Program-made: the position numbers and the translations under genes
IMG/VR virus record: IMGVR_UViG_3300014204_013734
Coordinates: 128,001 to 192,000 of that record
DNA length: 64,000 bases
Source of the DNA: a virus
Taxonomy: Duplodnaviria; Caudoviricetes
Direction: 5' to 3' (one strand)
Notes under the pieces: model-generated
Seen by the model: the letters and a program-made list of their open reading frames with translations, nothing else
What the model was told of the DNA's origin: nothing
The model's database searches: none
Shown here: in pieces, positions 29,093 through 38,710 of the stretch
Position numbering within the stretch: position 1 is the first letter of the stretch
Layout of the letters: each line of letters starts with the position of its first letter

Positions 29093-32000
29093 ATGGCATT
29101 TTTGCGTTACAGTAACGCCCGGGTTGTTTCCCCCCACGTGACTCATGTGCAATGGGGGAAAATTAGGACGGCTGGCCTTGTTACTAAGGTTGGTGGCCAG
29201 TTGGACGAAAATCTTGTCGATCGGGCCAGTGAATTGTTCGACAAACAATTCAACCCCAACGACTTTCTTCTGACCCACGCCACTATCATTGCCAGCGTTG
29301 ACACGTACAAACCGGCCGGGGATATGGGGAAGACAGGTTCCTTCTTGATGGATGGATTCCGGGTCAACCGCAAATATGCGGATTATAGAATTACCCAAGA
29401 GACTCAAAAATACATCAACAGCAATTGCCTTGTTTCTGGGACGCCCATTGTGATGGCAGATGGAACAGCAAAATCAATTGAAGATGTTGTTGTAGGGGAT
29501 GATGTTATCACCCATATGGGACGGATCAGAAAAGTCACAGAAACTTTTTGTCACGAAGTTCATGGAAACTTGTATGAAATCAAAGTATATGGTTCTAACG
29601 AACGTCTGCATGTGACTAAGGACCATCCTTTTTTTGTTTTTCGTCCAAATAAACAATGTGCTGAGTGTGGAAGCCCCTTAAAAAGATCTTTGCAATGTAT
29701 TTCGCAACTGCTTGGGAAGCATTACTGTTCCAAGGAATGCTATTACAAGAAAAGGGTCACAAACAAAGAACTTCTTAAAAAGAAGCATGGGGTTTTCGTT
29801 CCCGTACATGATTTGCAGGTAGGGGATTTTGCAGCAGTTCCTGTAGTTTCAGAAGAAATTCCAGTTAATTTGACATTAGGGCAGGCTCGTTTGATTGGCC
29901 TTTTTCTTGCGGAGGGTTATTACGAATTAGATAGCCGGCACGATAATGAAAAAGTTGGGGCTATGTGGGCGTTTCATGAAAAAGAAACAGAAACATTAGC
30001 CCATACTGTTTGTTCTTTGATGAAATCAGAATTTGATGTGGATTGTGTCATTCGTCATTGCACTGATACTAAAGGTATTATGGTAACGACAAAAGTCAAC
30101 CGCCAAGCTGCGGCTTTCTTTTCCCGATGGGTTCTTGGAGAAGATTCTACTAGTAAATATCTTTGCGCGGATTTGTTGAGGGCTCAGAAACCCATTCAGA
30201 TGGAAATAATGCGTGGCTGGTTTGATGGGGATGGTTCGGCTTTTAGTACCGGAACTGAAGAAATTCCCATAAGGGATTTTCGGATGACCGGATGCACATC
30301 ATCTCGGAAAATGGTTTCCCAACTGCAAATAATTCTGCATCGTCTTGGTATTTCACCTCGGTTAGCCTATGTTCTTAGTGAAGGTCGCCAACGAACGGTT
30401 ATTGATGGTCTTGTTAAGGTGATACCTGATCCAACAAAAATTCAATACAGTTGGGTTTTGTCTTGTGGCGCTGGATGGATATCTGAATTGGTAGAAACAA
30501 CCCGATTTGAAGAATCTTATAATGAAGTCATGTCTATTTTAGGGGGGGTTCAAGAAGTTCCAGATCTTAGGTTTCTGAATGGTTTTTGTATTAGGATGAT
30601 AACTTCAATAGAACCATATCCTTATCAAGGATTTGTTTATAACATTGAAACAGAAGAAGATCATTCTTACATTGCAGGTGGAATTGCCGTACATAATAGC
30701 GATAGTTGGTCCCGTGAAGTGCTTTTGAAGGCGTATCCAACGTTCATTGGCGGGCACAATTTCTGTTTTGCACCGGGTACTAGGGTTCTCTTGGAAAATG
30801 GCATCTATAAAGCCATTGAAGAAATACGTGTTGGCGACAAAGTTGTTACCCACAAAGGTGTGTTGCAGGAAGTAACCCACAAATTTGAACGCCAATTCCT
30901 GGGGAATCTTCAGGTTATTTGTGTGGATGGGTTTGAACATCCCTTGCGTGTTACTGGAAACCATCCTTTTTTGGTGATGGAAAACCAAACTGGAAATACC
31001 TGGATTCCAGCAGATAAACTGCAAGTTGGAACCCTCTTGGCAGGGACCAGTTCGGAAATAGGTGCTGTCAATTATCGTGTCCTATCCAATGTTGAAGTTT
31101 CTTACGAAGGTCTTGTGTACAATCTTGAAGTTTGTGATGATAATTCCTACATCGTGGAACCTGGTGTTGCAGTTCATAATTGCGAGCACGTCCAGGTTGA
31201 ATCTCTGAGCAAGGGTCGCATCATTGATGCAGTTGCCCGTGACATCGGGGATTCGGTCTACGTTGACATCCTCATTGCCACTGACCGCAGACACAAGGAT
31301 CTCATTGAATCCATTGAAAATGGCAAGACGAATACACTGAGTATGGGATGTTCAGTGGACATGACTACATGTACTAAATGTGGCCACGTGGCCGCTGACG
31401 AGACCACTCTTTGTAACCATATAAAATACGAAAAAGGCAATACCTTTTTTGACGAGCAAGGACGGTCACATCGTATCTGCGAAATTTGCGGCCACCAGTC
31501 TATTGATCCGCACGGAGGGGTTCAGTTCATTGAAGCTTCGTGGGTTGCCCAACCGGCATTCACTGGAGCTGTGATGAGGAACATCATTCAGCCGACCGAA
31601 GATACCGTTCGTTTGGCGCAGCACATTCTCAATACCCCTCCGCCGCAATGGACCGAAGATTCCCGTCTGAAAGCCGCTAGGCATGAGGTTGTTGGGTCTA
31701 CAGGGACGGACGGCAACGGCAACGGCAACGGAGAAACGGTTGTAGTAGGTTCCTCAAAATTCCGTACGGCAGACATGTCTTCCGGCGGACGGCATTTCAC
31801 TGTTACGGCTGCCGAAATGGATCCTTTCATGGCAGGTTGGAACGAAGAGGATTCTTCAGGTACGGAACCGGAAAAACCACCTGTCCAGCCAACCCCAGCG
31901 GATCCTTTGACGCAGGTTGAAGACGATTTGGAAAAGCACCTTGTAGACAAGGTCGTCAAACGTGTCAGGGATCGTCTAAAAGACCAGGCTGTTGAAGAAA

Positions 32001-32431
32001 CTCTGAAACCGTCGTCAGCCGAAACCAACGAAAACGTGGTTAAAGAAGCCCGTACCGCCAAGTTGGCGATTCGTGTTTACAAGGCTGGTTTGAAGGCCCT
32101 TGTCAAGAAGTCAACCAACGGGGCGGATCTGTTGGATTCCGTTGCTGCATTCAATCAACAGGCAGGAATTGATATCCCCGTTGACGTTTACCGGACGGCA
32201 TTGGCTGTAGGTCCTTCTTCTGACCATGAGTCTATCGATTCGTTCCTGGATAAATGTTCACAGTGTTTGGGACGGTGTCCCGACATCAGTGAATCAAAAA
32301 CTCTGGTGAAGTTGTGCAAGTTGCTTTCGCAAGGACAACCTTTGTGGAAAGCGGATTCCAGTGGAAGCCCCCTAAATCAGGGGACGCGTCAAGCGGTTCG
32401 AAACAAACCCGATTGGAGGAACGTGAAATGA
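29093..32431 (+). CDS. Prohead (capsid maturation) serine protease with two inteins
   Basis: Spliced extein NSN|SDSW...YPTFIGGHNF|CEH...TLSMGC...CTKCGH...FIEASWVAQPAF fits a His/Ser phage prohead protease; upstream of scaffold and capsid genes. Confidence 0.82.
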   Translation: MAFLRYSNARVVSPHVTHVQWGKIRTAGLVTKVGGQLDENLVDRASELFDKQFNPNDFLLTHATIIASVDTYKPAGDMGKTGSFLMDGFRVNRKYADYRITQETQKYINSNCLVSGTPIVMADGTAKSIEDVVVGDDVITHMGRIRKVTETFCHEVHGNLYEIKVYGSNERLHVTKDHPFFVFRPNKQCAECGSPLKRSLQCISQLLGKHYCSKECYYKKRVTNKELLKKKHGVFVPVHDLQVGDFAAVPVVSEEIPVNLTLGQARLIGLFLAEGYYELDSRHDNEKVGAMWAFHEKETETLAHTVCSLMKSEFDVDCVIRHCTDTKGIMVTTKVNRQAAAFFSRWVLGEDSTSKYLCADLLRAQKPIQMEIMRGWFDGDGSAFSTGTEEIPIRDFRMTGCTSSRKMVSQLQIILHRLGISPRLAYVLSEGRQRTVIDGLVKVIPDPTKIQYSWVLSCGAGWISELVETTRFEESYNEVMSILGGVQEVPDLRFLNGFCIRMITSIEPYPYQGFVYNIETEEDHSYIAGGIAVHNSDSWSREVLLKAYPTFIGGHNFCFAPGTRVLLENGIYKAIEEIRVGDKVVTHKGVLQEVTHKFERQFLGNLQVICVDGFEHPLRVTGNHPFLVMENQTGNTWIPADKLQVGTLLAGTSSEIGAVNYRVLSNVEVSYEGLVYNLEVCDDNSYIVEPGVAVHNCEHVQVESLSKGRIIDAVARDIGDSVYVDILIATDRRHKDLIESIENGKTNTLSMGCSVDMTTCTKCGHVAADETTLCNHIKYEKGNTFFDEQGRSHRICEICGHQSIDPHGGVQFIEASWVAQPAFTGAVMRNIIQPTEDTVRLAQHILNTPPPQWTEDSRLKAARHEVVGSTGTDGNGNGNGETVVVGSSKFRTADMSSGGRHFTVTAAEMDPFMAGWNEEDSSGTEPEKPPVQPTPADPLTQVEDDLEKHLVDKVVKRVRDRLKDQAVEETLKPSSAETNENVVKEARTAKLAIRVYKAGLKALVKKSTNGADLLDSVAAFNQQAGIDIPVDVYRTALAVGPSSDHESIDSFLDKCSQCLGRCPDISESKTLVKLCKLLSQGQPLWKADSSGSPLNQGTRQAVRNKPDWRNVK
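29426..30697 (+). mobile_element. Intein (424 aa) with LAGLIDADG endonuclease and a Cys-rich insert
   Basis: CLVSGTPI, VTKDHPF, LIGLFLAEG and MRGWFDGDG, end VYNIETEEDHSYIAGGIAVHN|S. Confidence 0.95.
30764..31180 (+). mobile_element. Mini-intein (139 aa)
   Basis: CFAPGTRV, VTGNHPF, end VYNLEVCDDNSYIVEPGVAVHN|C; no endonuclease domain. Confidence 0.95.
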
Positions 32432-33906
32432 AGAATACTCGTGAACGCATGACGTGGCAGGCGGCTGGCCGGAAGGCTTCCGCCCCGCCCGCAACCCCGG
32501 GTTACGGGAAAGAAGATCAGGATCACCCGGCTCACCTGCCGGATCCCGACGCCAAAAAGTACGAAAACGGTGACACGTCTTCGTGGGCGGAAGATCCCCA
32601 TCAACCCCCGTACCCACAGGGCAACCCGCCCAGTACGCCGGGTTACGACGTCGAAGACAAGGATCATCCGGCTCACATCGACCTGCCTCGTGTGCCGAAG
32701 GAAGCCCGTGCCCTGGCTGCTGCGCAGCGCAAGGCTGCCAAGTGCATCCGGGTCGCAGAACTTATCCTTCAGAACGTGCCCGGCAAGACGGCGGAAATGG
32801 TTGAAGATCAGGCATTGGATCTGATGAACCTTCCGGATTCCGGCGTTGAAGCGACTTTCGGTCGGATTAGTGGTGGATTCTTGGCGGAAGACGAGTCTTT
32901 TGACGAATTGGACGAACTGCTCGCTGATGACGAAGAAGATGCGGCGCCAGTGGAAGAGTCCCCGAAGACCGCCATGGAAGACATTCTCTTGGCCGTCAAG
33001 AAGTTGTCGGAAGATGTGAACGAGCTCAAGACTGGTAAGCGTGCCGATCAGAACGACCCGAAGGGTCCTACGTTGGCGCCGAAGCCCAAGACTGAAGAAG
33101 AAGCCCGCAAGCCCGAAGTCACCGCTGCTGATAGCGATCCGGTCATCAAGGAATTTGACACCTACGACACCAGTAAGACCGGGTTCCTGATGTCCGATGA
33201 ATGGAAGGGCAGCAGGGCGGTTTTTGCGGCTCTTGACACTGACAAGGACGGCATCATTGCCCGTTGCGACCTCGTTAAGATGGCGTGTGGCTGTGACGAA
33301 ACGGTTCCCATGATGGCGAATGAACTGGATACGGAAGAAGAGGCTCTTCTGGCCGAGTTTAACCTGGAAGACGTTCCCGTGACGGCAGAAGAAATTCCTG
33401 CTGAGGAACCGGTTCCAACGGTTTCCTGCGACCAAATGGCGGAAGAAGACACTTTGGAAGACATCACTTTGGCCGAAGATGCCCAAGACCCCATGGGTCT
33501 CGCTGACGAACCGGAAATGACGGAAGACTTGGCGCTTCTGGCTGAGATTCTTGGCGGCAAGGTTGCCAAGAAGGCCGAAGACGAGGAAGAGAACGACGAA
33601 GCTGAAACTGACGACGAAGAAGAACCGGTGAAAGAAGGCGGCAAGGGCAAGAAGGCCACCAAGAAGTCCGAAGACGAAGCTGACGATGAAGCTAAGACGG
33701 ACGACGAAGAGAAAGAAGAAGAACCGGTGAAAGAAGGCGGCAAGAAAGCTGCTGTCCGTGTTGCTTCTCGGCGCCCACAGCCCCGCAAGGTCAGTGCCGG
33801 TGTCAAGTCGGTAGGCAGCGTTCCGAAAGTCCATACTGACGAAATCAAGGAACTGTCCAAGCTTTGGGAGAGTTCTCCTGATGTCAGTGGGGCCTTCAAC
33901 GGCTGA
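32428..33906 (+). CDS. Putative capsid scaffolding protein with an EF-hand-like pair
   Basis: Highly acidic; between protease and capsid genes; GGAGG RBS; ATGA overlap; FDTYDTSKTGFLMSDEW and LDTDKDGIIARCDL. Confidence 0.7.
   Translation: MKNTRERMTWQAAGRKASAPPATPGYGKEDQDHPAHLPDPDAKKYENGDTSSWAEDPHQPPYPQGNPPSTPGYDVEDKDHPAHIDLPRVPKEARALAAAQRKAAKCIRVAELILQNVPGKTAEMVEDQALDLMNLPDSGVEATFGRISGGFLAEDESFDELDELLADDEEDAAPVEESPKTAMEDILLAVKKLSEDVNELKTGKRADQNDPKGPTLAPKPKTEEEARKPEVTAADSDPVIKEFDTYDTSKTGFLMSDEWKGSRAVFAALDTDKDGIIARCDLVKMACGCDETVPMMANELDTEEEALLAEFNLEDVPVTAEEIPAEEPVPTVSCDQMAEEDTLEDITLAEDAQDPMGLADEPEMTEDLALLAEILGGKVAKKAEDEEENDEAETDDEEEPVKEGGKGKKATKKSEDEADDEAKTDDEEKEEEPVKEGGKKAAVRVASRRPQPRKVSAGVKSVGSVPKVHTDEIKELSKLWESSPDVSGAFNG
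33578..33750 (+). repeat. Internal duplication encoding EDE..DEA.TDDEE..EPVKEGGK twice
   Basis: gaagaagaaccggtgaaagaaggcggcaag occurs twice. Confidence 0.75.
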
Positions 33907-34123
33907 AAACTATTCCGTCCGGGACCCTGACGGGGTCCCGGATGTGATTGTTCTTTGATGAATACACGAAGATGATTCCACGGATGCCTGGCGAGAGGCG
34001 GAAGTGGCGTGGCCCTTTGACCCATGGGACACGTAAAATGGACGGGATTTCCCCGCCAAGTCTAGCTGACGGGTTTAGCAACCACCTGTGAACCTGTAAA
34101 CAGGAAGACGAAGGAGGCACATC

Positions 34124-34822
34124 ATGCCACTCGGACTCGGACAGGCTTCTGGCGGTTGGACGGAAAGTTCTTCGGCACTCAGGATTTTGTATGTTGGTGT
34201 TCGTAACACCCTGAGTCTGCTGACGACTGACGCGTTCAGCCAAACAAACCCCCCGGCAGTTGCGACGAACGTGTCTGCCAAGGTCGACATCACGCTTCAC
34301 GGCGTTCTGTCGGGTTCGGTCGCGTTCACGCGTCCTGACACGGGGTCGGACTACATTGGCGGCCCCGGCTCGGCGGCTGTCCAGGCGGCCATTCAGGCCA
34401 ACGTAGCGCAAGCTATCGGTTATCGTGTTCTCGGCGTGTTCGAGAATTCGGCGGCCGGTAATGCCTACGAAAACACCCCTGGCGTCGCCAGTGGGCGTGG
34501 CCCCCATGTCACGGCAATGGGTTCGTTCGGCAACAAGCTGTACGAAACCGCCCTCATTGGGGATGCTGTTGGTGGCGACCCGGCTGCGGGCGCTGCGATC
34601 ACCTACGTGATGGGCATCGGGCTCATTGCGTCCCGTAACGGTTACCTCACTCCGAATCAGCAACTGAATGCAGCCGGTGCGGCCATCATCTCCTGCGACG
34701 ATGTCACCATCTCCGCAGAAGCGTACTGCCGCAACACGGACAACATCTCCACGTTGATCGGTGTCGTGAAAATGGTCCCCGATGCAACGCAAACGGAGCT
34801 GGTCTATGACCAGCGGATCTAA
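34124..34822 (+). CDS. Putative capsid decoration/cement protein
   Basis: AAGGAGG RBS; Gly/Ala-rich; strong codon bias; directly upstream of the major capsid gene. Confidence 0.6.
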   Translation: MPLGLGQASGGWTESSSALRILYVGVRNTLSLLTTDAFSQTNPPAVATNVSAKVDITLHGVLSGSVAFTRPDTGSDYIGGPGSAAVQAAIQANVAQAIGYRVLGVFENSAAGNAYENTPGVASGRGPHVTAMGSFGNKLYETALIGDAVGGDPAAGAAITYVMGIGLIASRNGYLTPNQQLNAAGAAIISCDDVTISAEAYCRNTDNISTLIGVVKMVPDATQTELVYDQRI

Positions 34823-34832
34823 GGAGGGAGCC

Positions 34833-35717
34833 ATGACACAAACCAATCAAGTTGACAATGCCGTTCGGCAGCGCATCATCGGCGACCTTATCAAGACCCC
34901 TGCGGGTCGTGCAAAGCTTGCCGCTTCCATGACGCAACCTCTCCGTACCCGTCGTGACTATGCCGCGGTCGGTCGTAAGACCTTCCTCGTCGAACAGCTC
35001 CCCGACGGTGCTCTCCCGATCTACGACAAAGACCCGGACATCACGGCTTTTGTCGTGGGTGAAGAAGGTCAGAACATTCTGGCCGTCACGAAACCTCGGC
35101 GCGTGATTTTCCCGTTGTTCGAAATTGCTTCGAACCCGGAAATCCCGCTCACCCAAATCAAGGAACGTCGGTTCGACCTCATCGAACGGTCCCAGAACTT
35201 GGCTCGCGCCCAGATTCAGGCCGCTGAAGATGAGAGGACCTTTGCGGTTCTTGACAGCATCGCAACCTTCGGTTTTGACAGCCTTGCTGGACAGTTGAAC
35301 CCGGACATCCCGGTTGTGGCCCCAATCAGCTCTGCCGTCCTCGCCGACGCATTCAGCTTGGTTGAACGTCAGGACCTCCGTGTTGCTCGCGTTTACATGA
35401 ACGCCCGTGACTACGCTGACCTGCGTAAGTTCGGCCGTGACATCCTGGACATCGAATCCCAGGCGACTTTGCTGAAGACCGGTCTCATGGCGACCCTCTG
35501 GGGTGCCCAGGTCGTGACCAGCCGTCTCGTGCCCGTCGGCACGGTGTACGTTTGTTGCGAGCCGGAACACTTCGGTCGCATTCCAGTCCGTACGGAATTG
35601 ACGGTCCTGTCTGCTGACGACCCGAAAGCCCGTACAATTGGTTTCTCATGCTTCGAGAATTTAGGCATAGGCGCTTTCAACCCGCGTGGTCTGGCCCGTC
35701 TGACCATCACCCGCTAA
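34833..35717 (+). CDS. Major capsid protein (compact, 294 aa, probably HK97 fold)
   Basis: AAGGAGG RBS; strong codon bias; followed by a terminator; capsid-like motifs (FEIASNPEI, AQIQAAEDERTF, VYMNARDYADL, TLWGAQVVTS). Confidence 0.82.
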   Translation: MTQTNQVDNAVRQRIIGDLIKTPAGRAKLAASMTQPLRTRRDYAAVGRKTFLVEQLPDGALPIYDKDPDITAFVVGEEGQNILAVTKPRRVIFPLFEIASNPEIPLTQIKERRFDLIERSQNLARAQIQAAEDERTFAVLDSIATFGFDSLAGQLNPDIPVVAPISSAVLADAFSLVERQDLRVARVYMNARDYADLRKFGRDILDIESQATLLKTGLMATLWGAQVVTSRLVPVGTVYVCCEPEHFGRIPVRTELTVLSADDPKARTIGFSCFENLGIGAFNPRGLARLTITR

Positions 35718-35733
35718 GCTGTCTGCGTTTCTG

Positions 35734-35781
35734 CAAACAAAAAGATCCCTGTGGCGAAAGTCGCAGGGATCTTTTTGTTTG
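35734..35781 (+). terminator. Rho-independent terminator (possibly bidirectional)
   Basis: caaacaaaaagatccctgtggc-gaaa-gtcgcagggatctttttgtttg. Confidence 0.9.
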
Positions 35782-35904
35782 TTTTACTTGTTGCTTTGGT
35801 AGTCTGCTTTTTTGTACTAGAATTGCATTTTACCTGTATCCTTTCTTGTACTTCTGTGGTATCATGTTTTAGGTGGCTTATTGTTTTTTGAGAAAGGTTA
35901 GGTC

Positions 35905-38622
35905 GTGTTGACAAAACAGGAATTGATGGGTTTCATTAGACAAGGGATGTTGGACAAAGAAATAGGATTAGCTTGTGGCGTTACGGACGTCACGGTAGGT
36001 AATTGGCGGGACTTTTATGGTTTGAAGACGTTGTCTGTTGATGATCGGCGCGTTTTGCAGGGTTTTCCTTCTTTTGAAGCTGTCACCAAGGATCAGATGC
36101 TTGCACACTTGGTTTCGGGCAAATCCTTGAAGCAGATTGCAGACCTTCACGGGGTGTCTGTTTTTCCCGTGAAGCAGAAGCTGAAGAAATTCGGGTTGGG
36201 TGTCAGGCAGAAATGGCATTATCAAGGGTGTGATGTACTTTCGGATTCTTTGCGTCGTTTGCTGGTTGGTGTTTTGTTGGGGGATGGTACTGTAGGTTAT
36301 GTTGAAGGAGGGGAAACTTCAAGATTCAAGGTAGGTCATAGTCACAAACAGTATACTTACCTCAAGTCTTTGCATGCCAAAATGGGGAAATGGGCACGAC
36401 CGATCAAAGGGTCTGTGTCTTTCAAGTATGGGAAGAAACGATTTAGTTATTGGTTCACGACCATTAATCACCAGGAATTCAGGAAGCTTCGCAAAGAATT
36501 TTACAGGGACGATTTATATGGGACCGTTCCGAACGACTGGTTGAAAGCACCCCCGTTGGAAGTATTTCGTACCTTGCACGATGAATCTTTAGCTTACTGG
36601 TATTTTGATGATGGGGCTTTGGGAACTTCGGACGAAAGCGTTTCTTTGGCGGTGTTCTTTCCGTTGCTTGACATGGATGCCGTTGTAGAAGCCTTGCGTG
36701 TCGGAACGGGTTTGCATTGGAGAAAAAAAGAATGTTCAGGTCATTTTTATAAGGTGTTTTTGGAAGCGGCAGACAAAGAAGCTTTCTTTTCTCGCATCGT
36801 ACAATATGCAACCCAGGATATGGCCTACAAATTCCCGGAAAAATGGTGGAAAGACATAGAAGGATTTTGTATTATTCCTGACGGAATTAGCAATCTTTCG
36901 GAAGAAATATTGTACCACTATCCTGTCACGGAATGGAAGAAGTTGGAAGCGGATGATCAGAAACGTTGGGTGAATGAAGTATTCACCATTTACAGGGCGA
37001 CGGGATTCCCTTTCTCTAAGGTGCTATCAAAAGAAGAAACCCTTGCTACCGTTTTAAGGCTTGCACGGCATAAGGAATTTGTGGATGACGGACATCCTTT
37101 TATTCGTTCCATCGTGGGTCTTTCTTTGTGTAATGGATATATGCCACACAGATTCCAAGTGGTAGTTGGGGGCAAGAGTGCATGGGACACTTTCCACGAT
37201 GATGTTGCTTTCAAGAAAGTGCTTTGGACGCAGTTCAGGATGGCAGGAAGCCGGTGGGTTGGGCCTAAGAATATAAGAGGGGCTTTGTCCGTGTACGGAG
37301 GAAATCGGACACCTTCTAATTTTAGGCCCTCCGCAGTCAAGGCATTGGTGGACCGTTTCTGTTTACCTAGCGGGGTGGTGTGGGATCCTTGTGCGGGTTT
37401 TGGGGGTCGTCTGTTGGGAGCTGTCTGTTCGGACATGAACGTAACTTATATCGGTACGGAACCTTCCCCTCAAACGGTGACTGGTCTTGAAAGGTTGTGG
37501 AAATCAGTTTCTTCTTCAATGGGGTGGCAAAAGGATAGGGTTCGTTTGATTCAAGGGGTAGCAGAAAAAGATTGTCCTGACCCTGATTCTGTGGACTTCG
37601 TTTTCACGTCCCCTCCTTACTTTGACAATGAACGTTATGTAGGAGGACGACAATCTTATTTGTACGACACCTACGTCTCTTGGGTTGAAAGCTTTTTGGG
37701 ACCTTTGGTAGGCAATGCCTATTCTTGTTTGCGGTCTGGGGGTTTTCTGGCAATCAATATTCAAGACATAAAGATGAACGGAAAAACGCTTCCTTTGGTA
37801 GAAGATTTGGATGGGGAAGTTAGGAAAAAGGGCTTCAAGAGGTTCATTCGTTGTTGGTACCCTCTCAGTTTTTTTGGGGGGCAACGCCCTGATGAACCGA
37901 TCCTTATTTATTGGAAACCCTTAGAAAGTATGGATTATGAAGAACCTTCATGGGATTTCGGGGTGAAAAACACCACGTCTGGAAGACATACGGTGTCCAT
38001 TGAAAACGCTTTTTTGCGAAAACGATCCGCCTGTAGCAGGTGCGGAATTCCTTTGGAAGGTCCTACGCGTCAGGTTCGGCATTGCCCTTCTTGTAAGAAA
38101 GAACTTAACGCGGAAAGGGCTCAAACCAAACGAAATTCCTTCAGGGAAGTTCACCCTATCAAGGGATGTCGCACTTTTACCTGCAAACAGTGTGGTTCTT
38201 CTTGGGAAACCTTTGAACTTGGGAATTTTTCTATTTGTCCTTCATGCCGGGAAAAGGAAGCTTTAGCTAAAAGGTCCAAAATCTGTGTCTACCGAAATTG
38301 CGGAAAATCTTTTGTAGACAATAGTTTAAAGAATTCCATGTCTTATTGTTGTTCAGAATGCCAGCGTCGGGAGAAATTGTTTCGATCAGGGAAGGTAACG
38401 GACGAATCCCATTTTCGGGTCAAGGGTAGTCCCAGGGTTCGTACTTGTATGGTTTGCCAAGGGGTTTTCATCCTTGAAAGCGGGGAGGGGAACAATAATC
38501 GGTGTCCAGTTTGTCGTGAAAGGGCTCGGGACAAGAAATGCCGGAAGTGTGGTGTTGGTTTCCGTGATGGTAGCCTGAAGAATACGGTAAAGTTCTGTCC
38601 TGATTGTCGGAAGGGTCCCTGA
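35905..38622 (+). CDS. HTH + LAGLIDADG endonuclease + amino-DNA methyltransferase + zinc-ribbon fusion protein
   Basis: LVGVLLGDG and LAYWYFDDG; motif I WDPCAGFGGR; motif IV FTSPPYF; many C-terminal CxxC pairs. Confidence 0.82.
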   Translation: MLTKQELMGFIRQGMLDKEIGLACGVTDVTVGNWRDFYGLKTLSVDDRRVLQGFPSFEAVTKDQMLAHLVSGKSLKQIADLHGVSVFPVKQKLKKFGLGVRQKWHYQGCDVLSDSLRRLLVGVLLGDGTVGYVEGGETSRFKVGHSHKQYTYLKSLHAKMGKWARPIKGSVSFKYGKKRFSYWFTTINHQEFRKLRKEFYRDDLYGTVPNDWLKAPPLEVFRTLHDESLAYWYFDDGALGTSDESVSLAVFFPLLDMDAVVEALRVGTGLHWRKKECSGHFYKVFLEAADKEAFFSRIVQYATQDMAYKFPEKWWKDIEGFCIIPDGISNLSEEILYHYPVTEWKKLEADDQKRWVNEVFTIYRATGFPFSKVLSKEETLATVLRLARHKEFVDDGHPFIRSIVGLSLCNGYMPHRFQVVVGGKSAWDTFHDDVAFKKVLWTQFRMAGSRWVGPKNIRGALSVYGGNRTPSNFRPSAVKALVDRFCLPSGVVWDPCAGFGGRLLGAVCSDMNVTYIGTEPSPQTVTGLERLWKSVSSSMGWQKDRVRLIQGVAEKDCPDPDSVDFVFTSPPYFDNERYVGGRQSYLYDTYVSWVESFLGPLVGNAYSCLRSGGFLAINIQDIKMNGKTLPLVEDLDGEVRKKGFKRFIRCWYPLSFFGGQRPDEPILIYWKPLESMDYEEPSWDFGVKNTTSGRHTVSIENAFLRKRSACSRCGIPLEGPTRQVRHCPSCKKELNAERAQTKRNSFREVHPIKGCRTFTCKQCGSSWETFELGNFSICPSCREKEALAKRSKICVYRNCGKSFVDNSLKNSMSYCCSECQRREKLFRSGKVTDESHFRVKGSPRVRTCMVCQGVFILESGEGNNNRCPVCRERARDKKCRKCGVGFRDGSLKNTVKFCPDCRKGP

Positions 38623-38710
38623 CAAAGATCCCGATTTTCCTTTGATGGTTTGTATTTTCGGGTAAACCTTGCCGGAGGTTAACCGGTTTCGTCAAACAAA
38701 GGAGGTTTCC

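Noticed and set aside
32389-33834. Long minus-strand ORFs (481 aa here; also 8183..9559, 27533..28522, 46284..47522, 33896..34846)
   Set aside because: Antisense shadows of codon-biased plus-strand genes; Phe/Leu/Arg-rich translations with no motifs
34833-35717. Short shell protein as a cellular encapsulin
   Set aside because: Context of terminase, portal, protease and scaffold indicates a phage major capsid protein
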